A stretch of 52,405 nucleotides of DNA from Pirellulaceae bacterium (GCA_041748895.1 JBGTCJ010000551.1:1-52405), one strand, 5' to 3'; shown: positions 17,538-27,045, counted from the first letter of the stretch. Notes: generated by a model not told the origin, from the sequence alone. Program-made: numbers and translations.

Positions 17538-18785
17538 ATGAAGCGTCGAAGTCGGAGCGGGTTCACGCTCGTTGAACTGCTGGTGGTGATTGCGATTATC
17601 GGGGTGATGGTGGGTTTGCTCCTTCCGGCCGTGCAAGCGGCGCGCGAGGCTGCGAGGCGGATGAGTTGTGGGAATAACATGAAGCAGTTGGGGCTTGGTT
17701 TGCACAATTACCACGCCGCCTACAACGCTTTGCCAGCAACCAACGCCGGTACTTTCGAACTCGGAAACAATGGAGGTGGAACGACCCCCGTTGGCGCGGG
17801 AGCGGTCCCCAGCAACAATCGCCGCAGGCTGAGTTTCCTCGTCGGCTTGACGCCATTCGTCGAGCAACAGGCGCTCTGGGAGCAAATCAGCAACCGGAAC
17901 CAGTTCAATGCGAACGGCACTCAGTTGCCTGTGGGCCAGTACTGGGCGCCCATGGGACCGGCTCCCTGGACCACCGCGTACGCCCCTTGAATGACCGACA
18001 TTTCGACGTTCCGTTGTCCAAGCGACCCCGGAATCGGTTTGCCGGCACTCGGGCGGACCAACTACGCAGGCTGTTTTGGCGATACCACGGACTGGATCAA
18101 TGAAGGCGCGTCGCAGTTCAACAGTATGAATATGGTCTGGGGCAATAACGCCGCTCGAGCCCGTGCGTCCTGCCGCGGCGTTTTCGTCGGCAGAATGCAA
18201 CTCGGTTTCCGTGACATCCTGGATGGTCTGGCGAACACCGTGATGTTGGGCGAAATCAATACCGATTTGGGTGATCGTGACATCACCACGGCCCCATCGA
18301 TCAACAACCAGCCCTGGGCAGAGGTTCACGCTCAGCCCCAACTTTGTAAGACACGGACTCAGATCGATCCTTTGAGGCCCCGCTTTTGGTGTCCGGCTGT
18401 CGGCGGCGGGAATTGTACCCCACCAACCCTATCGGGAGGTAACCAGCAGCGAGGTTTCCGCTGGGCCGACGGCGCTCCTTTCTTCACGGGGTTCAACACC
18501 ATTCTTGCGCCCAACAGCGAAATGTGTCTGGGTGGCGGGGATGCTAGCACCGGTCAGATGTCGCCGAGCAGCCGCCATCAAGGCGGATGCCATGTGGTGA
18601 TGGCCGATGGAGCGGTAAAATTCATCACCAATTCGATCGAGGCCGGCAATCCGAATTCGGGCACCGTCCACGCCAACTTCGCGACGGTACCAGGGACGGT
18701 CGCACCGGGATCGCAAAGCCCCTTCGGGCTTTGGGGTGCCCTTGGGACCCGTGCTAGCAAGGAAACCATCAGCGGCGAGTTCTAG
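17538..18785 (+). pseudogene. DUF1559 / H-X9-DG prepilin-like protein interrupted by one in-frame TGA (17988-17990)
   Basis: The N-terminus has a type IV-pilin-like leader ([41 protein letters not shown]). The C-terminus has H-X9-DG (HQGGCHVVMADG). The ORFs 17487-17990 and 17991-18785 are in the same frame, separated only by TGA. The intact neighbour reads TGG (Trp) at the aligned codon (..[18 protein letters not shown]..). Confidence 0.6.
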
Positions 18786-18820
18786 TTCGATCGCCACTCT
18801 CCCTATTGCTTGGATCCAGA

Positions 18821-18853
18821 CCCAGCTTCGGGTAGCCGATGCTGGGTTTTTTA
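18821..18853 (+). terminator. Rho-independent terminator after DUF1559 paralog 1
   Basis: CCCAGC-T-TCGG-GTAG-CCGA-T-GCTGGG hairpin followed by TTTTTTATTT, 36 nt after the stop. Confidence 0.75.
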
Positions 18854-19089
18854 TTTCGCAGCCGCATTGATGGAACCGGTAGCCGTCTGCCCTTCGATCG
18901 TTCGCGTCTTCGATTAGCGACAGGGCCCGTCGCCTCGGGGCGGACCGTGCCGCTCACCCGTCTGGCTGTCATGGCCGACCTTCCTGGTGGAGCGAGCCCG
19001 ATGGTCGACGATCACACATCATGCCAAAATCATGAAATCGCGGATAACACGCGGAAAATAATTTAGTTTCGAGAAATAATCGAAAATTG

Positions 19090-19118
19090 TTGACTATCGC
19101 TCGGGTGGTCCGCTAAGG
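19090..19118 (+). promoter_or_regulatory. Putative sigma-70-type promoter of DUF1559 paralog 2
   Basis: TTGACT (19090-19095), a 17-nt spacer, then CTAAGG (19113-19118), with an AT-rich region upstream (AATAATTTAGTTTCGAGAAATAATCGAAAA). Distance to the ATG is 89 nt, against 87 nt in paralog 1. Confidence 0.45.
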
Positions 19119-19178
19119 TGCGTCCAGCGGCGTTTAATGCCGCTCTATTCACTTTCTTGTTTTTTGGGAGATTTTGTG

Positions 19179-20420
19179 ATGAAGCGTTCTTTACGCTCCG
19201 GCTTCACGTTGGTGGAGCTTCTTGTGGTGATCGCGATCATTGGCGTGATGGTCGGACTGTTGCTTCCAGCGGTTCAGGCAGCACGCGAGGCGGCTCGCCG
19301 CATGAGCTGCGGCAACAACATGAAGCAGCTCGGGCTTGGTTTGCACAACTACCACGCCGCCTACAACACGCTTCCCGAGACGTTGGGGGGAACCTTCGAG
19401 GTCAACGCCAACGTGGGCGGTACGGTTCCCGTGGGGGCGGGAGCCAACGCGAGCAACAACCGCCGCAGGCTGAGTTTCCTCGTTGGCGTGCTTCCGTTCG
19501 TCGAGCAGCAAGCGCTGTGGGAGCAGATCAGCAATCCCAGCCAATTCAACACGAACGGAACGCAGTTGCCAGTGGGTCAGTCCTGGGCCGCGATGGGACC
19601 GGCGCCATGGGTCACCGCCTACCCGCCATGGATGACTGACATTTCCACCTTCCGATGTCCCAGCGACCCGGGTGTCGGTTTGCCCGCCTTGGGACGAACG
19701 AACTACGGCGGTTGTCTCGGCGATTCGACTGATTGGACGACCAATGGCCGCTTCACGTTCAACGCCATGCAGGAACGCTGGGTTGAACAAGGCAATCGGG
19801 CGGCGTCATGCCGCGGCGTGTTCGTGGCACGAAAGTTCGTCGGTTTTCGCGATATCCTTGATGGCACTGCCAACACCATCATGGCTGGTGAGCTTGTCAC
19901 CGACCTAGGAGATCGCGCGATCACCGGGCAAATCGCAAATTCCCTCCCTGGTGGGTGGGACGCGTTTCACAGGAATCCGTCGCTTTGTCGTGATAGCCAG
20001 TACTTCGACCCTCTCCGGCCAAGGTTCTGGTGTCCGGCCGTCGGCGGTGGCAACTGCACCGTTCCGAACTTGGTTGGCGGTGCCAACCAACGCCGTGGGT
20101 TCCGCTGGGCTGATGGCGCCCTACTCTACACGGGCTTCACGACGATCCTCGGCCCCAACTCGGAACTTTGCTCCAACGGTGGCGACGCGTCGAGCGGATC
20201 GATGTCGCCGAGCAGTCGTCACCAAGGCGGTTGTCACGTGCTCATGGCTGATGGCGCCGTTAAATTCGTCACCGACTCGATCGAGGCTGGTAACTCACGG
20301 TCGCCCGTCGTGCATCCAACCCTCGCGGGGGCATTGCCACCGGGATCGCAAAGTCCCTACGGACTATGGGGTGCGCTCGGAACTCGCGCCGCCAGGGAAA
20401 CTGTGAGCGGTGACTTCTAA
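19179..20420 (+). CDS. DUF1559 / H-X9-DG prepilin-like protein (intact paralog)
   Basis: 413 aa counted from the ATG at 19179. GGGAG lies 8 nt upstream. The leader is [22 protein letters not shown]. The protein contains FRCPSDP and [16 protein letters not shown] (H-X9-DG). Confidence 0.9.
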   Translation: MKRSLRSGFTLVELLVVIAIIGVMVGLLLPAVQAAREAARRMSCGNNMKQLGLGLHNYHAAYNTLPETLGGTFEVNANVGGTVPVGAGANASNNRRRLSFLVGVLPFVEQQALWEQISNPSQFNTNGTQLPVGQSWAAMGPAPWVTAYPPWMTDISTFRCPSDPGVGLPALGRTNYGGCLGDSTDWTTNGRFTFNAMQERWVEQGNRAASCRGVFVARKFVGFRDILDGTANTIMAGELVTDLGDRAITGQIANSLPGGWDAFHRNPSLCRDSQYFDPLRPRFWCPAVGGGNCTVPNLVGGANQRRGFRWADGALLYTGFTTILGPNSELCSNGGDASSGSMSPSSRHQGGCHVLMADGAVKFVTDSIEAGNSRSPVVHPTLAGALPPGSQSPYGLWGALGTRAARETVSGDF

Positions 20421-20469
20421 TCGTTAGGCAGATCCGAGCCCGCAGGATGGCTCGTTGAGCAACAACAAA

Positions 20470-20503
20470 CCCAGTCGGGGTGCAATCTCCGTCTGGGTTT
20501 TTC
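20470..20503 (+). terminator. Rho-independent terminator after DUF1559 paralog 2
   Basis: CCCAGTCGGGG-TGCAAT-CTCCGTCTGGG imperfect hairpin followed by TTTTTCG, about 50 nt after the stop. Confidence 0.65.
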
Positions 20504-20592
20504 GTTGGACTGGCTTGCTTATTCTGCGGGCGTCCTCGCTGTACATTCGTCGTGTGCAGAATGCTTGACGTGCAAGATGGAGGCCACACGAG

Positions 20593-22761
20593 ATGACCAA
20601 GTCCGATTTCCCCTGGGATTCCCGCGCGACGGCATCGGCGATCGCCAGTGCTTTGCAAATCGGTGAACGTCAAGTGTTGTCGGCGATCGAACTGCTCGAA
20701 GCCGGAAATACGATTCCCTTCATTGCTCGATATCGAAAGGAAGCGACAGGGGGGCTCGACGAAGTAGCGCTGCGAGCGATCGAAGACGCGGTGGAATTGG
20801 CCACCGCGTTAGCCGCGCGGAAGTCGACGGTGCTCAGGACCATCGAAGAGCAGGGTCTGCTCACGGCCGACCTTCGTAGGCGAATCGAGAGCTGCGGCGA
20901 TCTGCAGACGCTTGAAGCGATCTACCTACCCTACAAGCCCAAGCGGCGAACGCGGGCATCGGCCGCCCGCGAGTGTGGATTGCAACCGCTCGCCGACATC
21001 CTGTTGCGACATTCACCACTTGATCGATCGCGTGACGAGACGCTCGCCGCGTTTGTCAATCCGCAGCACGAAGTCCTCGACAAAGATGCCGCACTTCACG
21101 GCGCGCTCGATATCGTCGCCGAGCAGTGGTCGGAGGACCTAACCACGCGGGCTTGGATTATCGATCGCGCGACGTCGCAGGGCCGAGTGACCTCGCGTGT
21201 CAAACGCGGGAAGAAATCCGAGGCGAGCAAGTTCGAACTCTATTTCGACCATTGCGAGCCAGTAGCCAAAATCCCGGGACATCGGGTGCTCGCAATGCTT
21301 CGTGGCGAGGCTGAGGGCGTGCTTCGTTTGGGCATCGAGGTAGACGACCCCGAGGTGCTGCGAGGGCTGAAAGCAAGGCTTGTGCCGATTCACCCTGCCG
21401 AGTTTCACGCCGACCTCCTTGCGACGGTCGAGGACTGCTACACACGACTTCTGCTGCCTGCCATGGAGTCAACCGTGATGCAGCGGCTCAAGGAGAAGGC
21501 CGACCAGGAGGCGATCGCCGTTTTCGGTAAAAATCTGTTTGACCTGTTGATGTCACCGCCGGCGGGTCCGCGGGTGACTCTAGGGATCGATCCCGGCTTT
21601 CGTACCGGTTGTAAAGTGGCGGTGGTGGATGAGACGGGCAAGTTTCTGGAGGAGACAACGATCTACCCGACGCCACCGCGCATGGATACCGCTTCGGCGG
21701 CAGTCGCCCTACTGGCTTTGATCCGGAAGCACGCGATCGAATTGATCGCGATCGGAAACGGTACCGCGTCGCGTGAAACCGAAGGCTTCGTGGCCGACGT
21801 GATCCGCGAGAATGGGCTTTCGCTGACCCAAGTGATGGTCAGCGAATCGGGTGCCTCGATCTATTCGGCGAGTGAGTTAGCAGGAAAGGAGTTTCCTGAA
21901 CTGGACGTGACCGTCCGAGGGGCGATCAGCATTGCCCGGCGATTGCAGGATCCGTTGGCCGAACTGGTGAAGGCCGACCCGAAGTCGATTGGAGTGGGCC
22001 AGTATCAGCACGACGTCAATCAGGCCCAACTGCGAAAATGCTTGGACCGCGTCGTGGAGTCCTGCGTCAATCAAGTCGGCGTTGATTTGAACACAGCAAG
22101 CGCCCCGCTTCTGTCGTACGTTGCCGGTATCGGACCGAAGTTGGCGGAGAACATCGTTGCGTATCGAGACAGTCACGGAGGTTTCTCCAACCGAAATGAA
22201 TTGATCAAGGTGCCAAAACTCGGGAAGAAGGCTTTCGAACAAGCAGCAGGGTTCCTGCGGATTCGCGGAGGTGACCAACCTTTGGACCATTCTGCCGTGC
22301 ACCCCGAGTGTTATCCGATCGTCAGCCGTATGGCAGCCTTTCTGCGGGTCGACGCCAAATCACTGCTAGGTAACCCGACGCTCACCAAGGATCTCCGCGC
22401 GGAGGACTTTGTCGATGGTCAGTTCGGGATTCCCACGATTCAAGACATTCTGGTTGAGCTGAGCAAACCGGGACGGGATCCGCGTCGGGAATTCCGGGTC
22501 GCTCGGTTCGATGCCGATGTGCACTGCCTCGAAGACTTGCGGGTCGGCCTGGTGCTTGAAGGGGTGATCACGAATGTCACTCACTTTGGGGCTTTCGTGG
22601 ATTTGGGAGTCCACCAGGACGGGTTGATCCACATTTCGCAGTTGGCCGAGGGGTTCGTGCGAGATCCCAGCGAAGTCGTGTCCGTCGGTGATGTGGTCAA
22701 GGTGAAGGTTCTGGATGTGGACGTTGCCCGAAAGCGGATCGCGGTGACGAGGCGAGTTTAG
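20593..22761 (+). CDS. tex: Tex-like transcription accessory protein (S1 RNA-binding domain protein)
   Basis: 722 aa. It has the N-terminal IPFIARYRKEATGGLDEV signature, a YqgF/RuvX-like core (LGIDPGFRTGCKVAVVD), HhH repeats, and a C-terminal S1 domain (GVITNVTHFGAFVDLGVHQDGLIHISQL). Confidence 0.93.
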   Translation: MTKSDFPWDSRATASAIASALQIGERQVLSAIELLEAGNTIPFIARYRKEATGGLDEVALRAIEDAVELATALAARKSTVLRTIEEQGLLTADLRRRIESCGDLQTLEAIYLPYKPKRRTRASAARECGLQPLADILLRHSPLDRSRDETLAAFVNPQHEVLDKDAALHGALDIVAEQWSEDLTTRAWIIDRATSQGRVTSRVKRGKKSEASKFELYFDHCEPVAKIPGHRVLAMLRGEAEGVLRLGIEVDDPEVLRGLKARLVPIHPAEFHADLLATVEDCYTRLLLPAMESTVMQRLKEKADQEAIAVFGKNLFDLLMSPPAGPRVTLGIDPGFRTGCKVAVVDETGKFLEETTIYPTPPRMDTASAAVALLALIRKHAIELIAIGNGTASRETEGFVADVIRENGLSLTQVMVSESGASIYSASELAGKEFPELDVTVRGAISIARRLQDPLAELVKADPKSIGVGQYQHDVNQAQLRKCLDRVVESCVNQVGVDLNTASAPLLSYVAGIGPKLAENIVAYRDSHGGFSNRNELIKVPKLGKKAFEQAAGFLRIRGGDQPLDHSAVHPECYPIVSRMAAFLRVDAKSLLGNPTLTKDLRAEDFVDGQFGIPTIQDILVELSKPGRDPRREFRVARFDADVHCLEDLRVGLVLEGVITNVTHFGAFVDLGVHQDGLIHISQLAEGFVRDPSEVVSVGDVVKVKVLDVDVARKRIAVTRRV

Positions 22762-22780
22762 CGGGACGGCGCACATTCAT

Positions 22781-23358
22781 TAGCCGGGACGGACCGAACA
22801 TACGAGCCGTAAGCGCCAGCGACCGGACCAACCGTCCGCATGCTGGCGCATAGCGGCTGATATGCGCCAGCGACCGGACCAAACATACGAGCCGTAAGCG
22901 TCAGCGACCGGAGCGAACCTACGAGCCGTAAGCGCCAGCGACCGGACCAAATATACGAGCCGTAAGCGCCAGCGACCGGACCGAACCTACGAGCCGTAAG
23001 CGCCAGCGACCGGACCAACAATCCGCATGCTGGCGCATAGCGGCTGATATCCGCAAGCGACCGGACCGAACCTACGAGCCGAAAGCGTCAGCGACCGGAC
23101 CAACAATCCGCATGCTCGCGCATAGCGGCTGATATCCGCCAGCGACCGGACCGAACCTACGAGCCGTAAGCGCCAGCGACCGGACCGAACATACGAGCCG
23201 TAAGCGCCAGCGACCGGACCAACCGTCCGCATGCCCAGCGCATAGCGGCTGATATTCGTCAGCGACCGGACCAACAATCCGCATGCCCAGCGCATAGCGG
23301 CTGATATGCGCCAGCGACCGGACCAACCGTCCGCATGCCCAGCGCATCGCGGCCGATA
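22781..23358. repeat. Mosaic tandem repeat array: 13 copies of the 17-nt core GCGCCAGCGACCGGACC joined by two alternative linkers (17 nt and 34-35 nt)
   Basis: Cores start at 22813, 22864, 22898, 22932, 22966, 23000, 23051, 23085, 23136, 23170, 23204, 23256 and 23308, with degenerate copies at both ends. Linker A is (G/A)AA(C/T)(A/C)TACGAGCCG(T/A)AA. Linker B is AAC(CG/AA)TCCGCATGC(TGG/TCG/CCAG)CGCATAGCGGCTGATAT. Confidence 0.95.
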
Positions 23359-23616
23359 CGAGGAGGTCGCGCCCTCCAGCTAGGCTCGGGATTCTCGAGT
23401 ATGTGGGCGAGGCTAAGGCGGAGGGGCCGACCCGAGAATCGTTGGCAAGGGGCCGCACGACCGATTCCCGGGCCTCTACGCGTCGAATTGGTGGAAATTC
23501 TTGGGCCGCCGGTTCACAATCGGCTAGCGGGTCTGCAGTGCTGGTGCCTCAGTCCGATCCCAACCCACCGAATCCGATTGTGATCGGTCACGATCATTCC
23601 TACCCAAGTTTTAGTG

Positions 23617-26600
23617 ATGCTGGTCCCCATGGGTGTTTTCCGTTTGGCCACGTGCTCACTCGTCACTGGATTGCTTTTGCTTGGTTGCGGCGTAGCGTCG
23701 GCAGACACGTTGGTAAAGTTGGCGACCGATCCCGCGTTATCGCCCGATGGCAAGCGGCTGTTGTTTGCCTACGCAGGTGACCTCTGGAATGTCTCCAGCC
23801 GAGGTGGAATCGCCCAGCGAATTTCGTCGCATCCGGCGGAAGAGTCACGGCCATTGGTCTGTCCCGAGGGGACGCGGCTCGCATTCATCAGCCGCAGGAG
23901 CGGAACGCCTCAGGTCTGGATCCAATCGATCAATGCGCAGGGGAGGGTCACCGGCACGCCTCGTCAAGTTACCCACCACACATCAGGGTACCAATTGGAG
24001 AGTTGGTATCCCGATGGGCAACATCTGTTGGTCAGCGCGAGTCGTGACGCGTACTGGTATCCGCGCGAGAACGGCCGTTTTTTCCGCGTCGCCGTCGACC
24101 AGCGGCGTGCGGACGAAATGCTTTTTGACGACTACGGCACGGCCCCGAGCTTATCACCCGATGGCGCTGACCTCCTGTTTCAACGCGAGGGTGTGGCCTG
24201 GTGGAGAAAGGGTTACCGCGGAACGCAGGCGGGGCAGATTTGGCAATACGATGGCAAGCGAGCGGTTTTTACGCAGCGGCTTCACTCCCCTAGCGGTGAT
24301 CGTTCGCCGATCTGGAAGCCCGACGGATCGGGTTACTACTGCGTCAGCCAACGTGGCGGAACGTTCAACCTTTGGGAGCAGGACCTTGATTCCGACGACG
24401 CTCGACAGCTAACGAATTTTGACGACGATTCGGTTGTCATGCCAACGCTCTCGGCCGACGGTTCGTTGATCGTCTTTCGGCACGGGTTCGACTTCTATCG
24501 ACTGAGCGTTGGAGAAGCTGGTGCCAAGCCCAAGCGGATCGAAATCCGGATCGCGGGCGACGCGGTTAGCGATCCGATCTTGCGACGGACACTCAGTTCG
24601 GCCACCGACGCGAGCTTTACCGCCGATGGGCTTGAGATCACCTTTGCGGCTGGCGGCGACATTTGGGTCATGGACACCAACCTTCGCGAGCCCATCAATT
24701 TGACGCGTTCGGCGGGTCAGGAGTCCGAACCGCTGTTTGTCGAAGATGGGCGTGCGATTCTCTTCCTCCGCGACATCGATGGGGCGGTGAATCTTTGGCG
24801 GGCCGAGCCGACAGTCGACGACCAATTCTGGTGGCAGCAGTCCGATTTTCAACTAACGCCGTTGACGTCATTTCCCGACACGATGACGGGGATTCAGGTG
24901 AGTCCCAACGGGTGCGAGATCGGTTACGTCCGCAAGCCAGGTGACCTCTACGTCGCTGACCTCGATGGAAAAAACCCGCGTCGGATCATCAGCGGGTTCA
25001 ACGTGCCAAGTTACGATTTTTCGCCCGACGGTCGCTGGATCGCCTACGCTCAGAATGACAACGACTTCAACTCCGACATCTGGATTGTGCCGGTCGACGG
25101 CTCTTCGGAACCGGTAAACATTTCGCGTCATCCCAAGAACGACTATTCGCCCAAATGGTCTCCCGACGGCCGGATGCTCGCGTTCAGCGGCGTTCGAGAT
25201 TCGGACGAAACCGATCTCCACTACGTTTACCTCACTCGTAAGGATTCTGACGCGACCACCCGCGACCGGTCGCTCGAGAAGGCGATAAAGAAGCTCACCG
25301 ACGCGCGGAAACAAAAAGGGCCCGCCGGTGGCGAGACTCAGTCGTCGGATGACGGGGAGTCAAAAGACTCAACCAAGGGCTCGTCTAGCGACAAAGATCG
25401 AAAGTCATCCGAACTGCCAACTGTGGAAATCGATTTCGACGAGATCCACGAACGAGTTCGGCGAATCAAGATCGCCGGCGCATCGGTCAGCGGACTGTTT
25501 TGGTTTGGCGAGGGTCAGAAGCTTGCGATGAGAACGACGATCGACGGGCGTGAGGGGACGTACTTCATCGAGTTCCCGGACATGCGCACTCCGAAGCTTC
25601 TGACTACCGATCGTGGGTCATTTGCCACACGATTGAAGAATCCGAAGCAGGTCGGATGGGTCAACGATGGCGTCCCGGGGACACTCGCGACCGACGGCGA
25701 ACTGACCAAGTATTCGTTCTTTGCCAAACAGGAAATGGACCAGACGCAACGATTCCGCGCGGGGTTCGACGTGGCCTGGCGATTGATGCGAGACCAGTGG
25801 TACGACGATCGACTGGGGAATCGAAATTGGGACTCGATTCGCCGCAAGTACGTTGACGCCGCGGCTGCCTCGCCCGATGTCGGTGCTTTTGCGACGGTCG
25901 TGCAAATGATGCTCGGTGAACTCAATGGATCGCATCTCGGGTTTTCCCCCAGCGGTGCAGCGTCTTTTTCGCCACCGGGATGGCTTCCGCAAACCGCACA
26001 CTTGGGCGTTCGGTTCGACCCGACCCACCTTGGGCCTGGGCTTCGGATTCGTGACGTCTTGCCGGGTGGGCCTGCCGAGCGGAAGACGAGTCGATTGGAG
26101 GCCGGTGAGACGATCTTGTCGATCGATGGCGTCGCGGTTGACGCCGACTACGATCTCACCCAAGTGCTCAACGGAACGCTGGATCGCGACCTTCGGCTGC
26201 TGGTGGTTGCGGCGCCCCCGGCGCTAGATGGCGAGCCAACCGATCCGGTCAACGGCAGCGATCCCGATTCCAAAGCCGACGCGCCATCGACACCACCATC
26301 GAACGAGCGAGGTGTCGAGCGAACGGTTCACCTGCGACCGATCAGCTTTTCGGCGGCCCAGTCTCTTCTGTACCCGATGTGGGAAGAGGAAAATCGGCGT
26401 AAGGTCGACGACTTATCGGAAGGCAAACTTGGCTACTTGCATATCCAGGGGATGAACCTATCGAGCCTCTTTGAGTTTGAACGGCAATTGTTCAATGTCG
26501 GATACGGCAAAGACGGGTTGCTGATTGACGTTCGTGGCAACGGCGGTGGCAGCACGGCCGATCGGCTGTTGACCGCGTTGACACAGCCTCGTCACGCGAT

Positions 26601-27045
26601 CACCGTTCCTCGAGGTGGTGGTCCGGGTTATCCGCAGGACCGGATGGTCTACGCGACTTGGAGCAAGCCGATCGTCGTGCTCTGCAACCAAAACAGTTTC
26701 AGCAATGCCGAGATATTTAGTCATGCCATTCGAGTGCTCGGTCGCGGCAAACTGGTCGGGGTGCAAACCGCCGGCGGCGTGATCAGCACGGGTTCGGCAT
26801 CGGTGCTCGATTTGGGGACGCTACGTCAGCCCTTCCGAGGTTGGTTCTCGATCGAAACCGGAGAGGACATGGAATTGAACGGCGCGAAACCACACGTCGA
26901 GGTTTGGCCGCACCCCGGTGAGATGGCCACCGGAACCGATCGGGCGTTGAACAGGGCAGTCCGCCTGCTGATTCGCGATGTCGAGCAGTATCGGAGCCGC
27001 CCGCAACCCAAATTGACCAAGGCGACCCAGCGCGGAAGCGATTGA
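23617..27045 (+). CDS. Tricorn-like protease (PD40/beta-propeller repeats + PDZ + S41 peptidase domain)
   Basis: About 1142 aa with a signal/lipobox-like start (LVTGLLLLGCGVASA). Repeated TolB/PD40-type S(P/A)DG..(L/I)(A/V)F motifs are present. A PDZ-like segment reads GLRIRDVLPGGPAE. The S41 signatures are RGNGGGSTAD and NQNSFSNAEIFSHA. A GTG at 23614 is an alternative start. Confidence 0.85.
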   Translation: MLVPMGVFRLATCSLVTGLLLLGCGVASADTLVKLATDPALSPDGKRLLFAYAGDLWNVSSRGGIAQRISSHPAEESRPLVCPEGTRLAFISRRSGTPQVWIQSINAQGRVTGTPRQVTHHTSGYQLESWYPDGQHLLVSASRDAYWYPRENGRFFRVAVDQRRADEMLFDDYGTAPSLSPDGADLLFQREGVAWWRKGYRGTQAGQIWQYDGKRAVFTQRLHSPSGDRSPIWKPDGSGYYCVSQRGGTFNLWEQDLDSDDARQLTNFDDDSVVMPTLSADGSLIVFRHGFDFYRLSVGEAGAKPKRIEIRIAGDAVSDPILRRTLSSATDASFTADGLEITFAAGGDIWVMDTNLREPINLTRSAGQESEPLFVEDGRAILFLRDIDGAVNLWRAEPTVDDQFWWQQSDFQLTPLTSFPDTMTGIQVSPNGCEIGYVRKPGDLYVADLDGKNPRRIISGFNVPSYDFSPDGRWIAYAQNDNDFNSDIWIVPVDGSSEPVNISRHPKNDYSPKWSPDGRMLAFSGVRDSDETDLHYVYLTRKDSDATTRDRSLEKAIKKLTDARKQKGPAGGETQSSDDGESKDSTKGSSSDKDRKSSELPTVEIDFDEIHERVRRIKIAGASVSGLFWFGEGQKLAMRTTIDGREGTYFIEFPDMRTPKLLTTDRGSFATRLKNPKQVGWVNDGVPGTLATDGELTKYSFFAKQEMDQTQRFRAGFDVAWRLMRDQWYDDRLGNRNWDSIRRKYVDAAAASPDVGAFATVVQMMLGELNGSHLGFSPSGAASFSPPGWLPQTAHLGVRFDPTHLGPGLRIRDVLPGGPAERKTSRLEAGETILSIDGVAVDADYDLTQVLNGTLDRDLRLLVVAAPPALDGEPTDPVNGSDPDSKADAPSTPPSNERGVERTVHLRPISFSAAQSLLYPMWEEENRRKVDDLSEGKLGYLHIQGMNLSSLFEFERQLFNVGYGKDGLLIDVRGNGGGSTADRLLTALTQPRHAITVPRGGGPGYPQDRMVYATWSKPIVVLCNQNSFSNAEIFSHAIRVLGRGKLVGVQTAGGVISTGSASVLDLGTLRQPFRGWFSIETGEDMELNGAKPHVEVWPHPGEMATGTDRALNRAVRLLIRDVEQYRSRPQPKLTKATQRGSD

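Noticed and set aside
17988-17990. The in-frame TGA in the DUF1559 gene as a selenocysteine codon.
   Set aside because: The paralog has Trp (TGG), not Cys, at the aligned position. I see no convincing SECIS-like hairpin in the 40 nt downstream. No sel genes are in the window. A nonsense mutation, sequencing error or read-through is more parsimonious.
18839-19066. 75-aa ORF in the gap between the two DUF1559 cassettes. Similar intergenic ORFs occur at 17163-17408 and 17354-17575.
   Set aside because: There are no motifs and no SD. They overlap the terminator and promoter elements, and their composition looks like random GC-rich translation.
22781-23358. Possible CRISPR array, given regularly spaced repeats in an intergenic region.
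   Set aside because: The repeated core is only 17 nt. The 'spacers' are not unique, being just two recurring linker sequences. Unit lengths alternate between 34 and 51-52 nt. No cas genes or leader are present.
22697-23458. Minus-strand ORFs of 61-128 aa (22697-22882, 22758-23021, 22987-23295, 23072-23458) with reiterated GPVAGAYGSY / SLALTARRFGPVAG peptides.
   Set aside because: They are translation artefacts of the DNA repeat array. The frame changes with each 34-nt unit, the ORFs overlap one another, and there is no start context. The plus strand has TAA in every A-unit.
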